The notes: a model not told the origin generated them from the letters alone. Positions 29,870 through 39,234 are shown, counted from the stretch's first letter. The stretch is DNA of 64,000 bases from Candidatus Nomurabacteria bacterium (GCA_020632135.1 JACKGC010000001.1:116241-180240), one strand, 5' to 3'. Translations and numbers: made by a program.

Positions 29870-29900
29870 CCGGCATCCATTTCATGGATGCCGGTTTTTT
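29870..29900 (+). terminator. Rho-independent terminator
   Basis: ccggcatccat-ttc-atggatgccgg followed by tttttt. Confidence 0.8.
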
Positions 29901-29954
29901 CGTGCAATCTAAAAGGCGGTCTTGCGACCGCCTTTTCCTGGTGCAGAACGTGTA

Positions 29955-30143
29955 TTACTCGATGCTAATCTGCAGCACGCCAGCCTTCTTCCGACCGACC
30001 CGATGGTGGTGGTTTTGAGTGAACGGGGTCACGAGACCGCGCCGTTCTGTACGGCGCAGATACACTTCCCCACTTCGCCGTTTTTGGCCATGTGGTTGAC
30101 CGCGACTGAAGTGCCTCTTTCCGGACACACGACCTGCATTCAT
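29955..30143 (-). CDS. rpmB: Small basic protein, possibly ribosomal protein L28
   Basis: 62 aa. A GGAG RBS lies 8 nt upstream. The spacing in RVSGKRHFSRGQPHGQKRR...L is loosely L28-like. The identification is tentative. Confidence 0.4.
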   Translation of the reverse strand: MNAGRVSGKRHFSRGQPHGQKRRSGEVYLRRTERRGLVTPFTQNHHHRVGRKKAGVLQISIE

Positions 30144-30255
30144 AGAACAAACTCCTTCGTACTTCCCGCCAACATTGGCAATCTCACGATACCGTATGGA
30201 GCAGGTTTAGTAAATAGTTCAGACATTACTGGTGTGAGTTAACTAAGTAGTCACA

Positions 30256-30390
30256 GCGGAGAGTAAGGGATTCGGTCAGGAATAAATTTCTACGAAATTT
30301 TTCACGACCCTGACTCGCCGACAAGCACTCACTTCACTCTGTTCCGTTCGTCTTGTGTACCGGCTCCGTCTTTCGAATCCCTTACTCTCG
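30256..30390 (-). repeat. tRNA-end hairpin module, copy Ser
   Basis: The minus-sense anti-arm GAGAGTAAGGGATTCGAAAGA (30388->30368) is complementary to TTCGAATCCCTTACTCTC of tRNA-Ser. The core is CGGAGCCGGTACACAAGACGA..GCTTGTCGGCGAGTCAGG..AAATTTCGTAGAAATTT..CCTGAC. It ends in CGAATCCCTTACTCTCCGC (30274->30256), identical to 31513->31495. Confidence 0.8.
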
Positions 30391-30518
30391 CGCAATAGCA
30401 AACGACCGGAAAGCATTCGCTTTCCGGTCGGCTATTGCGGGCGGTCTCGAGTTAGAACCGTGTGATACCAAGCCCTGCCTGACCGATTGATTAGTTCTCA
30501 GATTATACGTCTCGAGCG

Positions 30519-31445
30519 CTACACACCAAACAAGAAATATAAGATGACTCCACCTCCAACGGTCACAATAAGCCCAATGATTATTTGGCCAACAGGTTTT
30601 TGATGCCAATGTATACTTGTGTCCATTTCATTTTTTTCAGACTTTTGACTACCAACCAATATATCTCCACCAGCAGTAATTGGCCCTCCGGCAATAATTC
30701 CAAGGTTCGGCTTGTCTTCAGCTTTCTCTAAATTTTTGACTGCTGGTGAACTTAAGTTCTCGGGCTCTGCAATAACATCGTCCAGAGAATTATTGAGTAT
30801 TTTGAACTTAAACTTCACTTCATCAAACCCGTCCCCACGACTCTCCATTTTAATGTCTACAATCTGTATGAGGGCGTATTTGTCGTAAATATTTCGAAAA
30901 AGCACAACTTGCCCAATCTCGGGAGACCGGGCTCTAGACGTCCCGTCATATTTCTTATTTAAATTAACATCATTTATATCGCTAGCCCCCTTTACCATAG
31001 CTAGACTACGTATGGATGAATGATCCGTGTATACATGTATTGCCTGTTGTGATGCGCCAGAAAACCTGATTCCAAATAATTCCTCATCTTGCCCAAGAAA
31101 ATAAGTATGGTCATTACTTGAGTAATCAAAACTCACTTCACCCTCTCTATTTGGGTTTTTGTTGTCGTAATAATTTTTCTTTCGAGTTGTAGCTTCTAAA
31201 TACTTTTCTATACGATCTGGGGTTGAAGAAAATTCTTCATGATAAATATCTTCACCTTCATTTTTCACTAACAAAACACCTTCCGCCTTTAAACTGTGAA
31301 GGAGTTTCCTAATATGCTTGATTTCGACCTCCTGAGGGTTATTACGAGAAATTAATTGCTGAGCAATAATCAGAACAGAACGGCTTCCAGTGCGATCTTG
31401 AAAATATTGAATGATGTCTGCTTCAGTTTTATATTCTAGTTCCAT
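30519..31445 (-). CDS. Hypothetical protein (cassette cargo; possible N-terminal wHTH, C-terminal TM anchor)
   Basis: 308 aa. The C-terminal TM helix is VGQIIIGLIVTVGGGVILYFLFGV. No family is recognised. Confidence 0.5.
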   Translation of the reverse strand: MELEYKTEADIIQYFQDRTGSRSVLIIAQQLISRNNPQEVEIKHIRKLLHSLKAEGVLLVKNEGEDIYHEEFSSTPDRIEKYLEATTRKKNYYDNKNPNREGEVSFDYSSNDHTYFLGQDEELFGIRFSGASQQAIHVYTDHSSIRSLAMVKGASDINDVNLNKKYDGTSRARSPEIGQVVLFRNIYDKYALIQIVDIKMESRGDGFDEVKFKFKILNNSLDDVIAEPENLSSPAVKNLEKAEDKPNLGIIAGGPITAGGDILVGSQKSEKNEMDTSIHWHQKPVGQIIIGLIVTVGGGVILYFLFGV

Positions 31446-31495
31446 AATAAATATTAGAACTAGACTAGCTAGTGTCTCGTGCTAGCTCTAAACGG

Positions 31496-31583
31496 CGGAG
31501 AGTAAGGGATTCGAACCCTTGAAGCCTTTAAGGGGCTTACCTCGTTAGCAGTGAGGCGCTTTCGACCACTCAGCCAACTCTCC
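31496..31583 (-). tRNA. tRNA-Ser(GCU)
   Basis: GGAGAGTTGGCTGAGTGGTCGAAAGCGCCTCACTGCTAACGAGGTAAGCCCCTTAAAGGCTTCAAGGGTTCGAATCCCTTACTCTCCG. It has a long variable arm. Confidence 0.9.
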
Positions 31584-31599
31584 AAATTTCTCCGAAATT

Positions 31600-31747
31600 G
31601 GAGAGTTGGCTGAGGTCGAAAGTTTCTTTCGTCCTCCTTTCGCCTGTTCGCCAGCTCACAACGGCGAATTCTGTCTAACGACAGAACCGGATGAATTGAG
31701 ACGCCGGTCTCGATTCATCCACTCAGCCAAAGGCTAGCCTCCTCTCC
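31600..31747 (-). repeat. Mirror-image module on the 5' side of tRNA-Ser (5'-end copy + core + anti-5' arm)
   Basis: Minus-sense reads GGAGAG[GAGGCTAGCCT]TTGGCTGAGTGG ... CTTTCGACCTCAGCCAACTCTCC, then a 16-nt spacer, then the tRNA. The core has three local hairpins and shares CGTTGTGAG, GCGAACAG and GACGAAAG with the 3'-side modules. Confidence 0.7.
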
Positions 31748-31903
31748 AACATTCGTTGTGATCGCTAGAATAGCATAAAATAAGCGTGATTCAAAAATTT
31801 TACGCGGGGTAAGCGGCGGGGATAGTTTTCTTGCCTTCAGCTACGGCCTGTGATAAAAACAGAATGTTAGTTTATTGCTAATACAACTGAATAATCACAA
31901 TAC

Positions 31904-32725
31904 ATGGAACCACTTCTACTCGCGTTCCTGGTCACCCTCGGAGCCGGTTTAGCCACTGGTATCGGGAGTTTCCTGGCGTTCGCGGCAAAAGACACAAATA
32001 AAAAATTCTTATCATTCATGCTTGGCCTTTCGGCGGGTGTGATGATCTATGTCTCCCTGGTAGAGATCTTTCAAAAGGCAGTGGCCTCACTTGGTGAGGC
32101 GTACGGCGACCATGCTCTCGGCTACCTCTGGGCTACCATCGGTTTCTTTGGTGGTGTGGCGGTCATTTACGTGATCGACCACTTCATGCACGGTAGCGTT
32201 GAGGGTAGCCCGCATGAGGCGCATGAGGCGCACGAAATGGACCACCCAGACAAGGAAGAACATGAAAGACGCGCCCTTCTTAAAATGGGAACGTTCACCG
32301 CCCTGGCGATCGCCATTCACAACTTCCCCGAAGGACTCGCCACCTTCCTGGCTACCTTAGATGAACCGGCGCTTGGTATCTCACTCGCGATCGCGATCGC
32401 GATCCACAACGTACCAGAAGGTGTAGCGGTGTCGATCCCGATCTATCACGCCACCGGTAGTCGCATGAAAGCTTTCTGGTACTCATTCGGCTCTGGCTTA
32501 GCTGAGCCAGTTGGTGCACTGTTGGGATACTTCTTATTCATCCAGTTTGTCAGCGACCAAGTGTTTGGCGTTATCTTCGCTGGTGTGGCTGGTATCATGG
32601 TGTTCATTGCTCTTGATGAACTCCTTCCGGCGGCACAGAAGTACGGCTTCCATCACCACTCTATCATCGGTGCGATCATGGGTATGGGAATCATGGCGGT
32701 GAGCTTGGTGCTGTTTCTGTTTTAA
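31904..32725 (+). CDS. zupT: ZIP-family zinc transporter ZupT
   Basis: 273 aa. HNFPEG and HNVPEG motifs are present, with a His-rich loop (HEAHEAHEMDH). Confidence 0.85.
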   Translation: MEPLLLAFLVTLGAGLATGIGSFLAFAAKDTNKKFLSFMLGLSAGVMIYVSLVEIFQKAVASLGEAYGDHALGYLWATIGFFGGVAVIYVIDHFMHGSVEGSPHEAHEAHEMDHPDKEEHERRALLKMGTFTALAIAIHNFPEGLATFLATLDEPALGISLAIAIAIHNVPEGVAVSIPIYHATGSRMKAFWYSFGSGLAEPVGALLGYFLFIQFVSDQVFGVIFAGVAGIMVFIALDELLPAAQKYGFHHHSIIGAIMGMGIMAVSLVLFLF

Positions 32726-32745
32726 AGAGACTGGATTTGCAGATA

Positions 32746-32779
32746 AAAAGAGCGGGTTGCCGAAGGCAACCCGCTTTTT
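32746..32779 (+). terminator. Rho-independent terminator after zupT
   Basis: aaaaagagcgggttgc-cgaa-ggcaacccgcttttt. Confidence 0.8.
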
Positions 32780-32802
32780 AGAAAAGTGCTAATACCCGAG
32801 TG

Positions 32803-34080
32803 CTACGGATGGGCAGAGATGACCATCGATGCGTTCGTGCCACCGAATCCAAACCCGTTGCAGAGTACTGTGTTCACATCACGTCTTTGAGTACACATAA
32901 TGTGCTCAACCACGGCACAACTTGGGTCAAGCGTATCGTAGTTTAACCCGCGAGTCGGTATGAGAATGCCGTCTTCCATACAATCAAGCATGGCCACTGT
33001 TTCGGCCACACCAGCCGCTCCTAAGAGATGACCAATATTTGACTTCACCGACGTGACCGCCAATTTCTTCAGTCTAACCGGGTTTGATTCCAAGAGATGA
33101 AGTGCTTTCAGTTCTGCCAGGTCACCCTTTGGCGTCGCAGTGCTGTGGGTCTTGACCAAGTCGATCGTTCGGAGTTCACGACCCGCCATTGTGAGCGCTT
33201 GACTCATGGCTCGTGCTGCCCCTCGCCCCTTTGGGTCCGGATCAGTAATGAGTGCATCTTGCAGTGCGTCACTAGATTCGCCATAGCCGGTGATCACACC
33301 CAGAATTGGTGCTTTTCGGGCCTTAGCAACCTCATACGACTCAATAACCAGTGCGGCTGCACCCTCCCCCATCACAAAACCAGAGCGGTCAGTGTGGTAG
33401 GAAAGACCATTACCGAGCGCCCCTTGTATGAAGAAAGATGCGATTCCAAACTCCGTGATAGCTGCCTCGGTACCAACCACCAAGCCGCCAGGTACATGTC
33501 CCAACTCGATCATGCGGATAAGATCAAAGACAGCATGCATGGAGGCCGCACAAGCAGTACCATGCACATGACTCGGGCCACCTAAACCGAACTGTTGGGT
33601 CAGCTGACCAACATGAATGTTGGGCAGGTACTTGAGGTTATCAAACGGACCAAGTCGTTTCTTACCAGCTCGGTTTCCTTCAATTAAAAGCCGAGATGAC
33701 TCGAACACACTCGCCAGACCAGCTCCACCAGTCGCACCAATGCACGCGTACTGCGATACATCAACACCAACCAACGGCTGCATAGCTTCTGTCGCCGCAA
33801 TGCGAGCAAAGAGTTGATGCCGATCCATGCGTCGAACCTCTTTCTTGTTGAGCTGAGCAACTTCGCCAAGCTCATCATTGGTCAAAGGGACCGGACACAC
33901 CGTGGCACCACCGATCTCTTCGAGCAATTCGCCATTGCTGGAGAATGGCAAGAACGCAACAGCATCACGCAGTGACATAAACTGCACATCGCCTGCACGC
34001 AAACTGGTGTGGTGTGCATATCGCCCCACGCCAGCTCCCGAAATGACTCCTGCACCAGTAATAGCAACAGTGCGCGTCAT
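32803..34080 (-). CDS. Beta-ketoacyl-ACP synthase I/II-like condensing enzyme
   Basis: The start is MTRTVAITGAGVISGAG (ATG at 34080, GAGGAG RBS). The active-site Cys region is GTACAAS. THSTATPKGD and GHLLGAAG are present. Confidence 0.8.
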   Translation of the reverse strand: MTRTVAITGAGVISGAGVGRYAHHTSLRAGDVQFMSLRDAVAFLPFSSNGELLEEIGGATVCPVPLTNDELGEVAQLNKKEVRRMDRHQLFARIAATEAMQPLVGVDVSQYACIGATGGAGLASVFESSRLLIEGNRAGKKRLGPFDNLKYLPNIHVGQLTQQFGLGGPSHVHGTACAASMHAVFDLIRMIELGHVPGGLVVGTEAAITEFGIASFFIQGALGNGLSYHTDRSGFVMGEGAAALVIESYEVAKARKAPILGVITGYGESSDALQDALITDPDPKGRGAARAMSQALTMAGRELRTIDLVKTHSTATPKGDLAELKALHLLESNPVRLKKLAVTSVKSNIGHLLGAAGVAETVAMLDCMEDGILIPTRGLNYDTLDPSCAVVEHIMCTQRRDVNTVLCNGFGFGGTNASMVISAHP

Positions 34081-34222
34081 GGTAGACTCCTCACCCTTTC
34101 GGGTATGATAGAAAAAACAAAACCTGCTCAGCAGGGATTCTGCTGGCACTGTAGCATAAATGGAGGAAAAGAACATGGCCGGGGGCCCTTGGGCGCCCGG
34201 CCATGTTCTTTTTGAGCGCTGG

Positions 34223-35041
34223 CTACCCCAACGCCACGTCGAGCGTCATCATGACCGCGAAACCAAGCATGGCGCCAGTGGTTGCGAGGTCGGTCATACC
34301 CATACCGCCCCGCTGCGCTTCTGGAATGAGTTCCTCCACTACCACAAACAACATTGCACCAGCTGCAAACGCCAGTGCGTACGGCAAGACGGGAGCCGCC
34401 ACAATTACGACCGCTGCGCCGATCACAGCAGCGATTGGTTCTACGACGCCTGAAAGTTGTCCATACCAAAATGACCTCTTGCGACTAAAGCCCTCACGGC
34501 GCAGCGGCACCGAAACCGCCGCCCCTTCCGGAAAATTCTGGATACCAATACCAACCGCCAAAGCGATGGCAGCTGCAATCGAAGCACTTTCAATGCCCGC
34601 ATACGCGGCACCAAACGCCACACCAACCGCGAGGCCCTCCGGAATGTTGTGGAGTGTAATGGCTGAGACCAAGAGAATGCTACGGTGCCAAGAGGTCTTC
34701 GGGCCTTCGGCCTCTGAGGTTGGGAAACCCATATGCAGGTGCGGAATGACTTTGTCCATCACCCACAGCGTCGCCACACCAAGCAGAAAGCCGATCAGTG
34801 GCGGTACCCACGACGGCCACGACCCACCTTCTGATAATTCAATAGCTGGTGAAAGCAACGACCAAAAACTCGCTGCGATCATCACACCAGCAGCGAAGCC
34901 AAGCATGGCGTTAAGAATTCGCTTGTTGATCTCTTTGAAAAGAAAAACTGCAGATGCGCCAAGGGCGGTCACACCCCAGGTGAAGCAACCCGCTAACAAT
35001 GCTTGCGTCACTGGACCAAGCGATAAAAACCAATCGATCAT
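34223..35041 (-). CDS. ZIP-family metal transporter (GufA-like)
   Basis: 272 aa with about eight TM helices. [10 protein letters not shown] and [10 protein letters not shown] are present. Confidence 0.8.
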   Translation of the reverse strand: MIDWFLSLGPVTQALLAGCFTWGVTALGASAVFLFKEINKRILNAMLGFAAGVMIAASFWSLLSPAIELSEGGSWPSWVPPLIGFLLGVATLWVMDKVIPHLHMGFPTSEAEGPKTSWHRSILLVSAITLHNIPEGLAVGVAFGAAYAGIESASIAAAIALAVGIGIQNFPEGAAVSVPLRREGFSRKRSFWYGQLSGVVEPIAAVIGAAVVIVAAPVLPYALAFAAGAMLFVVVEELIPEAQRGGMGMTDLATTGAMLGFAVMMTLDVALG

Positions 35042-35212
35042 GAACTGAAAAATTATTCAAATTATTAAGTGTGATCCAAGGAGATACGTGTAGATCACGT
35101 GTGGAGGGACCCTAAAAACACCGCCATTATACTCCTTAGGCTCGCTAGTGCAAGGCGTAGGGGTGTATGAGAAATGGCCGGCGCGCCCAAAGGGCGCGCC
35201 GGCCATTTCGCC

Positions 35213-36373
35213 TTACCGCTTCGCAGACTTGATCGCACTCGCAATTGCCTTCACGAGGCCAGGAGCCATGATCGAGGGAATGATCGCTTCGGCCGTTGGT
35301 TTCTTCACGAGACCAGCCAGCTTCTTCGCTGCCGCTAGCTTCATGTCGTAGGTGATCTCGCACACACCATGGTCTAAGGCACCACGGAAAATACCAGGGA
35401 ACGCAAGCGCGTTGTTTATTTGGTTAGGAAAATCTGAGCGACCAGTGGCAACGATCGCTGCGCCTGCGCGCTTGGCGTCTTGTGGCATGATCTCGGGAAT
35501 CGGATTTGCGAGCGCAAACACGATCGGCTCCGGGGCCATATGTTCAATGTGTACCTGCGCGATCGTCCCTGGGCCAGAGACACCAATAATTGCATCGGCA
35601 CCCTCGACGACCTGTAGTACATCACCAGAGAGCTGCCGCGGATTGGTGAGCTTGGCAAGCTCGCGCTTGTATCCTGCCAGACCGGTCCGGCCTTCATATA
35701 TAGCGCCCCGAGAATCTACCACGACCACATCACCCACCCCAGCCCTACGCAACATGAGTGCAATAGCACGGCCAGCCGCGCCCGCGCCGACGATCACCAC
35801 CTTGAGGCCGTCAAGTTTCTTCTTGAGCACTTTCGAGGCATTGATAAGACCAGCCAACACTACCACTGCGGTGCCGTGCTGATCATCATGCATGACGGGA
35901 ATATTAAGCTCACTCTTGAGCCTCGCCTCGATCTCAAAGCACTTCGGTGCCGCGATATCTTCGAGGTTAATGCCGCCAAAACCAGGAGCGATGTTCTTGA
36001 TCGTCCGAATGATATCTTCTGGCTCCTGGGTATCGAGCACGATCGGGACGGCATCGATGTCAGCCATTTCCTTGAAGATAGCCGCCTTCCCTTCCATGAC
36101 CGGCAATGCTGGGATGGCACCCAGATTGCCCAAACCTAAAATGGCTGAACCATCGCTCACCACCGCCACTGTGTGACGCTTCATGGTATACAGCCGCGCT
36201 TCGCGCGGCTGTTTGGAAAGATGGATTGAGACCGCCCCAACCCCTGGCGTATACATCGTACTCCAGTCGGTCTTGGTTTTGAGACGACCGTTGGTTTGGA
36301 CTCGAATCTTTCCTTGTAGTTTTTTATGGAGCGCAAGCGCTAACTTATTATAGTCTGGTTTTTTGGCTGGCAT
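35213..36373 (-). CDS. maeB: NAD(P)-dependent malic enzyme
   Basis: The ATG at 36373 gives MPAKK. YTPGV and the Rossmann motif VIVGAGAAGRA are present. The protein is about 386 aa. Confidence 0.85.
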   Translation of the reverse strand: MPAKKPDYNKLALALHKKLQGKIRVQTNGRLKTKTDWSTMYTPGVGAVSIHLSKQPREARLYTMKRHTVAVVSDGSAILGLGNLGAIPALPVMEGKAAIFKEMADIDAVPIVLDTQEPEDIIRTIKNIAPGFGGINLEDIAAPKCFEIEARLKSELNIPVMHDDQHGTAVVVLAGLINASKVLKKKLDGLKVVIVGAGAAGRAIALMLRRAGVGDVVVVDSRGAIYEGRTGLAGYKRELAKLTNPRQLSGDVLQVVEGADAIIGVSGPGTIAQVHIEHMAPEPIVFALANPIPEIMPQDAKRAGAAIVATGRSDFPNQINNALAFPGIFRGALDHGVCEITYDMKLAAAKKLAGLVKKPTAEAIIPSIMAPGLVKAIASAIKSAKR

Positions 36374-36479
36374 TTTGATTACATGGAGACTGCTAGAAAT
36401 AAAAAATATCTTCCTAGTATACGCCTCTCTAAATAGGGGGCAAATTCCCTTTGGGAATTTGCCCCGAAACCTTGGTACA

Positions 36480-38669
36480 ATGACCTCCATGCAACCGATT
36501 GACCAACTAACCAACCATGTGCGAGTGGACGCTGCGCATCAAAAGGCTCTCAAACGTCTCGGTATCGAAACCATCGGCGACCTCCTCTACTACCTCCCCG
36601 CGCGCTACGAAGACATTTCAGAAGTGCAGTCGGTTGGTGGCTTGGAGAAAGGTCAGGAGGCAGTTGTGTACGGCCAACTCTCTGGACTCAAGACCCGCAA
36701 AGCTTGGAAGAGTCGGAAGCCGATCGCCGAGGGCTACGTGGAAGACGGCTCCGCCAAGATGAAGATCATGTGGTTCAACCAACCCTACCTCGCCAAGATG
36801 TACACCGATGGCATGTATGTGAAACTGGCTGGAAAGGTCGCTGGCAGCGAAGGTAAGTTGTATCTTTCTAATCCTGAAGTCGAACCGCTCGACTCGCTCC
36901 CGATCGACCGCCACGACAGCATTTTCGCCGGCACCGAAGGTGCCGGAGACACGCTCTATCCTGTCTACCGCGAGACCAAGGGTATCACCAGCCGCTGGCT
37001 CTATCACACCGTCTTGAAGCTCTTTGAGAAAGGCGCACTAGAAGACCTGCGCGACCCGATCCCGGAGGAGATCTTAAAAAAGTACAAACTACCAGTCCTC
37101 AAGACTGCCCTGGTGTGGGTACACTCCCCCAAGAAAGCGAGTGATGCCGAAGCGGCCCGAAAGCGCTTCGCGTTTGAAGAGGTCTTCTATATTCAGGTGC
37201 AGAAAGCGCAGGAACGGGCGGCGGTGAGCGCGGCTGAGACCTATACGGTGAAGACGAGCCCTGAGCATCTCACCGCATTTACCGAGCGCTTCCCCTTCGC
37301 GCTCACCGCCGCCCAAGACGAATCCATCAAGTCAATTCTACAAGACTTTGCCGCTGGCACGCACGCGATGTCACGCCTCCTTGAGGGAGATGTGGGTAGC
37401 GGCAAGACCGCCGTGGCCGCCACCACCGCGTACGCTGTGGCAACTTCTCGCCCACCTGAAGGACTCAATAAAAAGATTGAATTTGGCGCACTCCAAGTCG
37501 CCTACATGGCGCCAACAGAGATACTGGCAAAGCAACACTTTGAATCCTTCATCGAGTATTTTCACCATCTCCCAATCTCCATCGGACTCATCACCGGCTC
37601 GGGCTGCATGAAGTTCCCGAGCAAAACCGACCCGACCAAACCAACCAAGATAAGCAAAGCGCAGCTCTTAAAGTGGGTGCAGAACGGCGAGGTGCCGATC
37701 CTGATCGGCACCCATGCGCTCATCTACAAGAGTGTTGAATTCAAACACCTCGCCTACGTCATCATCGACGAGCAGCACCGCTTCGGAACCAACCAACGTA
37801 AAAAGCTCGCCAAGAAAGACGCGCGCCTCCCGCACCTCCTCTCCATGACCGCCACCCCGATCCCGCGTACACTCGCGCTCACCATCTACGGCGACTTAGA
37901 CATTACCCTCCTCGATCAAATGCCAGCCGGCCGCAAACCGGTGAAGACCACGATCGTCGGCCCGGGCCAGAGCGAGGAGATGTACGACCATGTCCGCTCT
38001 GAGCTCGAGGCCGGCCGGCAAGCCTACGTCATCTGCCCCCGCATCGACGAGCCCGATCCGACCAAAGAAAACGCCCTCAATATGAAAAGCGTCATCGCCG
38101 AAGCCAAACGCCTGAAGCACGATGTCTTTCAAGACTACGTCATCGAGCCACTCCATGGCAAAATGACCACGGCTGAAAAAGACGATGTTATGAAACGCTT
38201 CGCTGAGCACAAGATCGACATCCTCTGCGCCACCAGCGTGGTCGAGGTGGGTGTCAATGTGCCGAACGCCACCAACATCATCATCGAAGGTGCCGAACGC
38301 TTTGGCCTCGCGCAGCTCCATCAACTCCGCGGACGCGTCGTACGCGGCACCCACCAGCCATACTGTTTTGCCGTGACCGAGTCAAAGAGCGATAAAACCC
38401 GTGATCGCCTCAAAGCGCTGGCGACCGCCAAGAATGGCTTCGAGCTGGCCGAACACGATCTCCAATTCCGCGGCTCCGGCGAACTCTACGGCGGCAAGCA
38501 AAGCGGCCTCTCCGACCTCGGCATGGAAGCCATCCGAAACCTCAAGCTCGTCGAGGCCGCCCGCACCGAAGCGAAGCACATCGTCGAATCTCACCCCGAT
38601 CTAACCAAGTCCTTCCCACTTATTGCGGAGAAAGTCGCGCGGTTAGGAGAGGTGCTGCATATGGAGTAA
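36480..38669 (+). CDS. recG: ATP-dependent DNA helicase RecG
   Basis: It has a wedge domain followed by SF2 helicase motifs (GDVGSGKT, IIDEQHRFG, MTATPIPRT, QLHQLRGRVVRG). Confidence 0.9.
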   Translation: MTSMQPIDQLTNHVRVDAAHQKALKRLGIETIGDLLYYLPARYEDISEVQSVGGLEKGQEAVVYGQLSGLKTRKAWKSRKPIAEGYVEDGSAKMKIMWFNQPYLAKMYTDGMYVKLAGKVAGSEGKLYLSNPEVEPLDSLPIDRHDSIFAGTEGAGDTLYPVYRETKGITSRWLYHTVLKLFEKGALEDLRDPIPEEILKKYKLPVLKTALVWVHSPKKASDAEAARKRFAFEEVFYIQVQKAQERAAVSAAETYTVKTSPEHLTAFTERFPFALTAAQDESIKSILQDFAAGTHAMSRLLEGDVGSGKTAVAATTAYAVATSRPPEGLNKKIEFGALQVAYMAPTEILAKQHFESFIEYFHHLPISIGLITGSGCMKFPSKTDPTKPTKISKAQLLKWVQNGEVPILIGTHALIYKSVEFKHLAYVIIDEQHRFGTNQRKKLAKKDARLPHLLSMTATPIPRTLALTIYGDLDITLLDQMPAGRKPVKTTIVGPGQSEEMYDHVRSELEAGRQAYVICPRIDEPDPTKENALNMKSVIAEAKRLKHDVFQDYVIEPLHGKMTTAEKDDVMKRFAEHKIDILCATSVVEVGVNVPNATNIIIEGAERFGLAQLHQLRGRVVRGTHQPYCFAVTESKSDKTRDRLKALATAKNGFELAEHDLQFRGSGELYGGKQSGLSDLGMEAIRNLKLVEAARTEAKHIVESHPDLTKSFPLIAEKVARLGEVLHME

Positions 38670-38688
38670 ACTAATACATCTATTAACT

Positions 38689-39234
38689 ATGAACTTTGAA
38701 CACCAACCACCAAACACTGACACTCACCTCATTAGTGAGGCAGACGCAGACCGAATCGCCACACTTGAGAAAAGTGCGTTTGACTGGTCGATCGAGCAAG
38801 CAGATATTGACGCGCTCAAGGAGTACATACGGTCACCTAACGTCATCACTGTGATCGTGAAAGGTGTCGGTGAAGGCATCGCAGGTTATGTCGTTGGCGT
38901 TCCCTCACTTACCGAAGCAGAGCTGGTTGAGGAAGATGAAGCGTTTAAACCTTCCGAGCACAATCTGTACATTGAAACAATCAACATTGCACCCGAGTAT
39001 CAAAGGCAAGGCCTGGCTACAAAACTACTACAACTTCTCATCACCCACGCCCAAGACCGAGGCTACCAGACCATATCAGCCCACACACCACCTGAACTGC
39101 TTAATCTTTATCGTCCCTACCTACACTCAGAACCTAGCCGGACAATACCTAATTGGTATGACTCTGGCGAAGACCATACATACATTGAGATTGACCTGGA
39201 TGAGGACAAACCCGGCCATTCTAGCAACTCATAA
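38689..39234 (+). CDS. GNAT-family N-acetyltransferase
   Basis: Motif A is YQRQGLATKLLQ. The protein is 181 aa. Confidence 0.7.
   Translation: MNFEHQPPNTDTHLISEADADRIATLEKSAFDWSIEQADIDALKEYIRSPNVITVIVKGVGEGIAGYVVGVPSLTEAELVEEDEAFKPSEHNLYIETINIAPEYQRQGLATKLLQLLITHAQDRGYQTISAHTPPELLNLYRPYLHSEPSRTIPNWYDSGEDHTYIEIDLDEDKPGHSSNS

Larger units (their letters stand above)
30256..31495 (-). mobile_element. Integrase-less single-gene cassette inserted at the T-loop of tRNA-Ser
   Basis: It is bounded by 19-nt direct repeats of the tRNA 3' end. The order is tRNA, cargo ORF, hairpin (30393-30438), module, duplicate. The cargo is AT-rich relative to its flanks. Confidence 0.6.

Noticed and set aside
31840-31903. 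Possible Zur box upstream of zupT (gttagtttattgctaatac).
   Set aside because: Only a weak 4-bp inverted repeat is present. That is not enough to call a regulator site without a known consensus for this lineage.
34203-35048. 281-aa ORF on the plus strand.
   Set aside because: It is antisense to a clear ZIP transporter (HNIPEG/QNFPEG motifs, TM pattern). Its low-complexity Ala/Pro/Ser-rich translation is typical of a shadow ORF.
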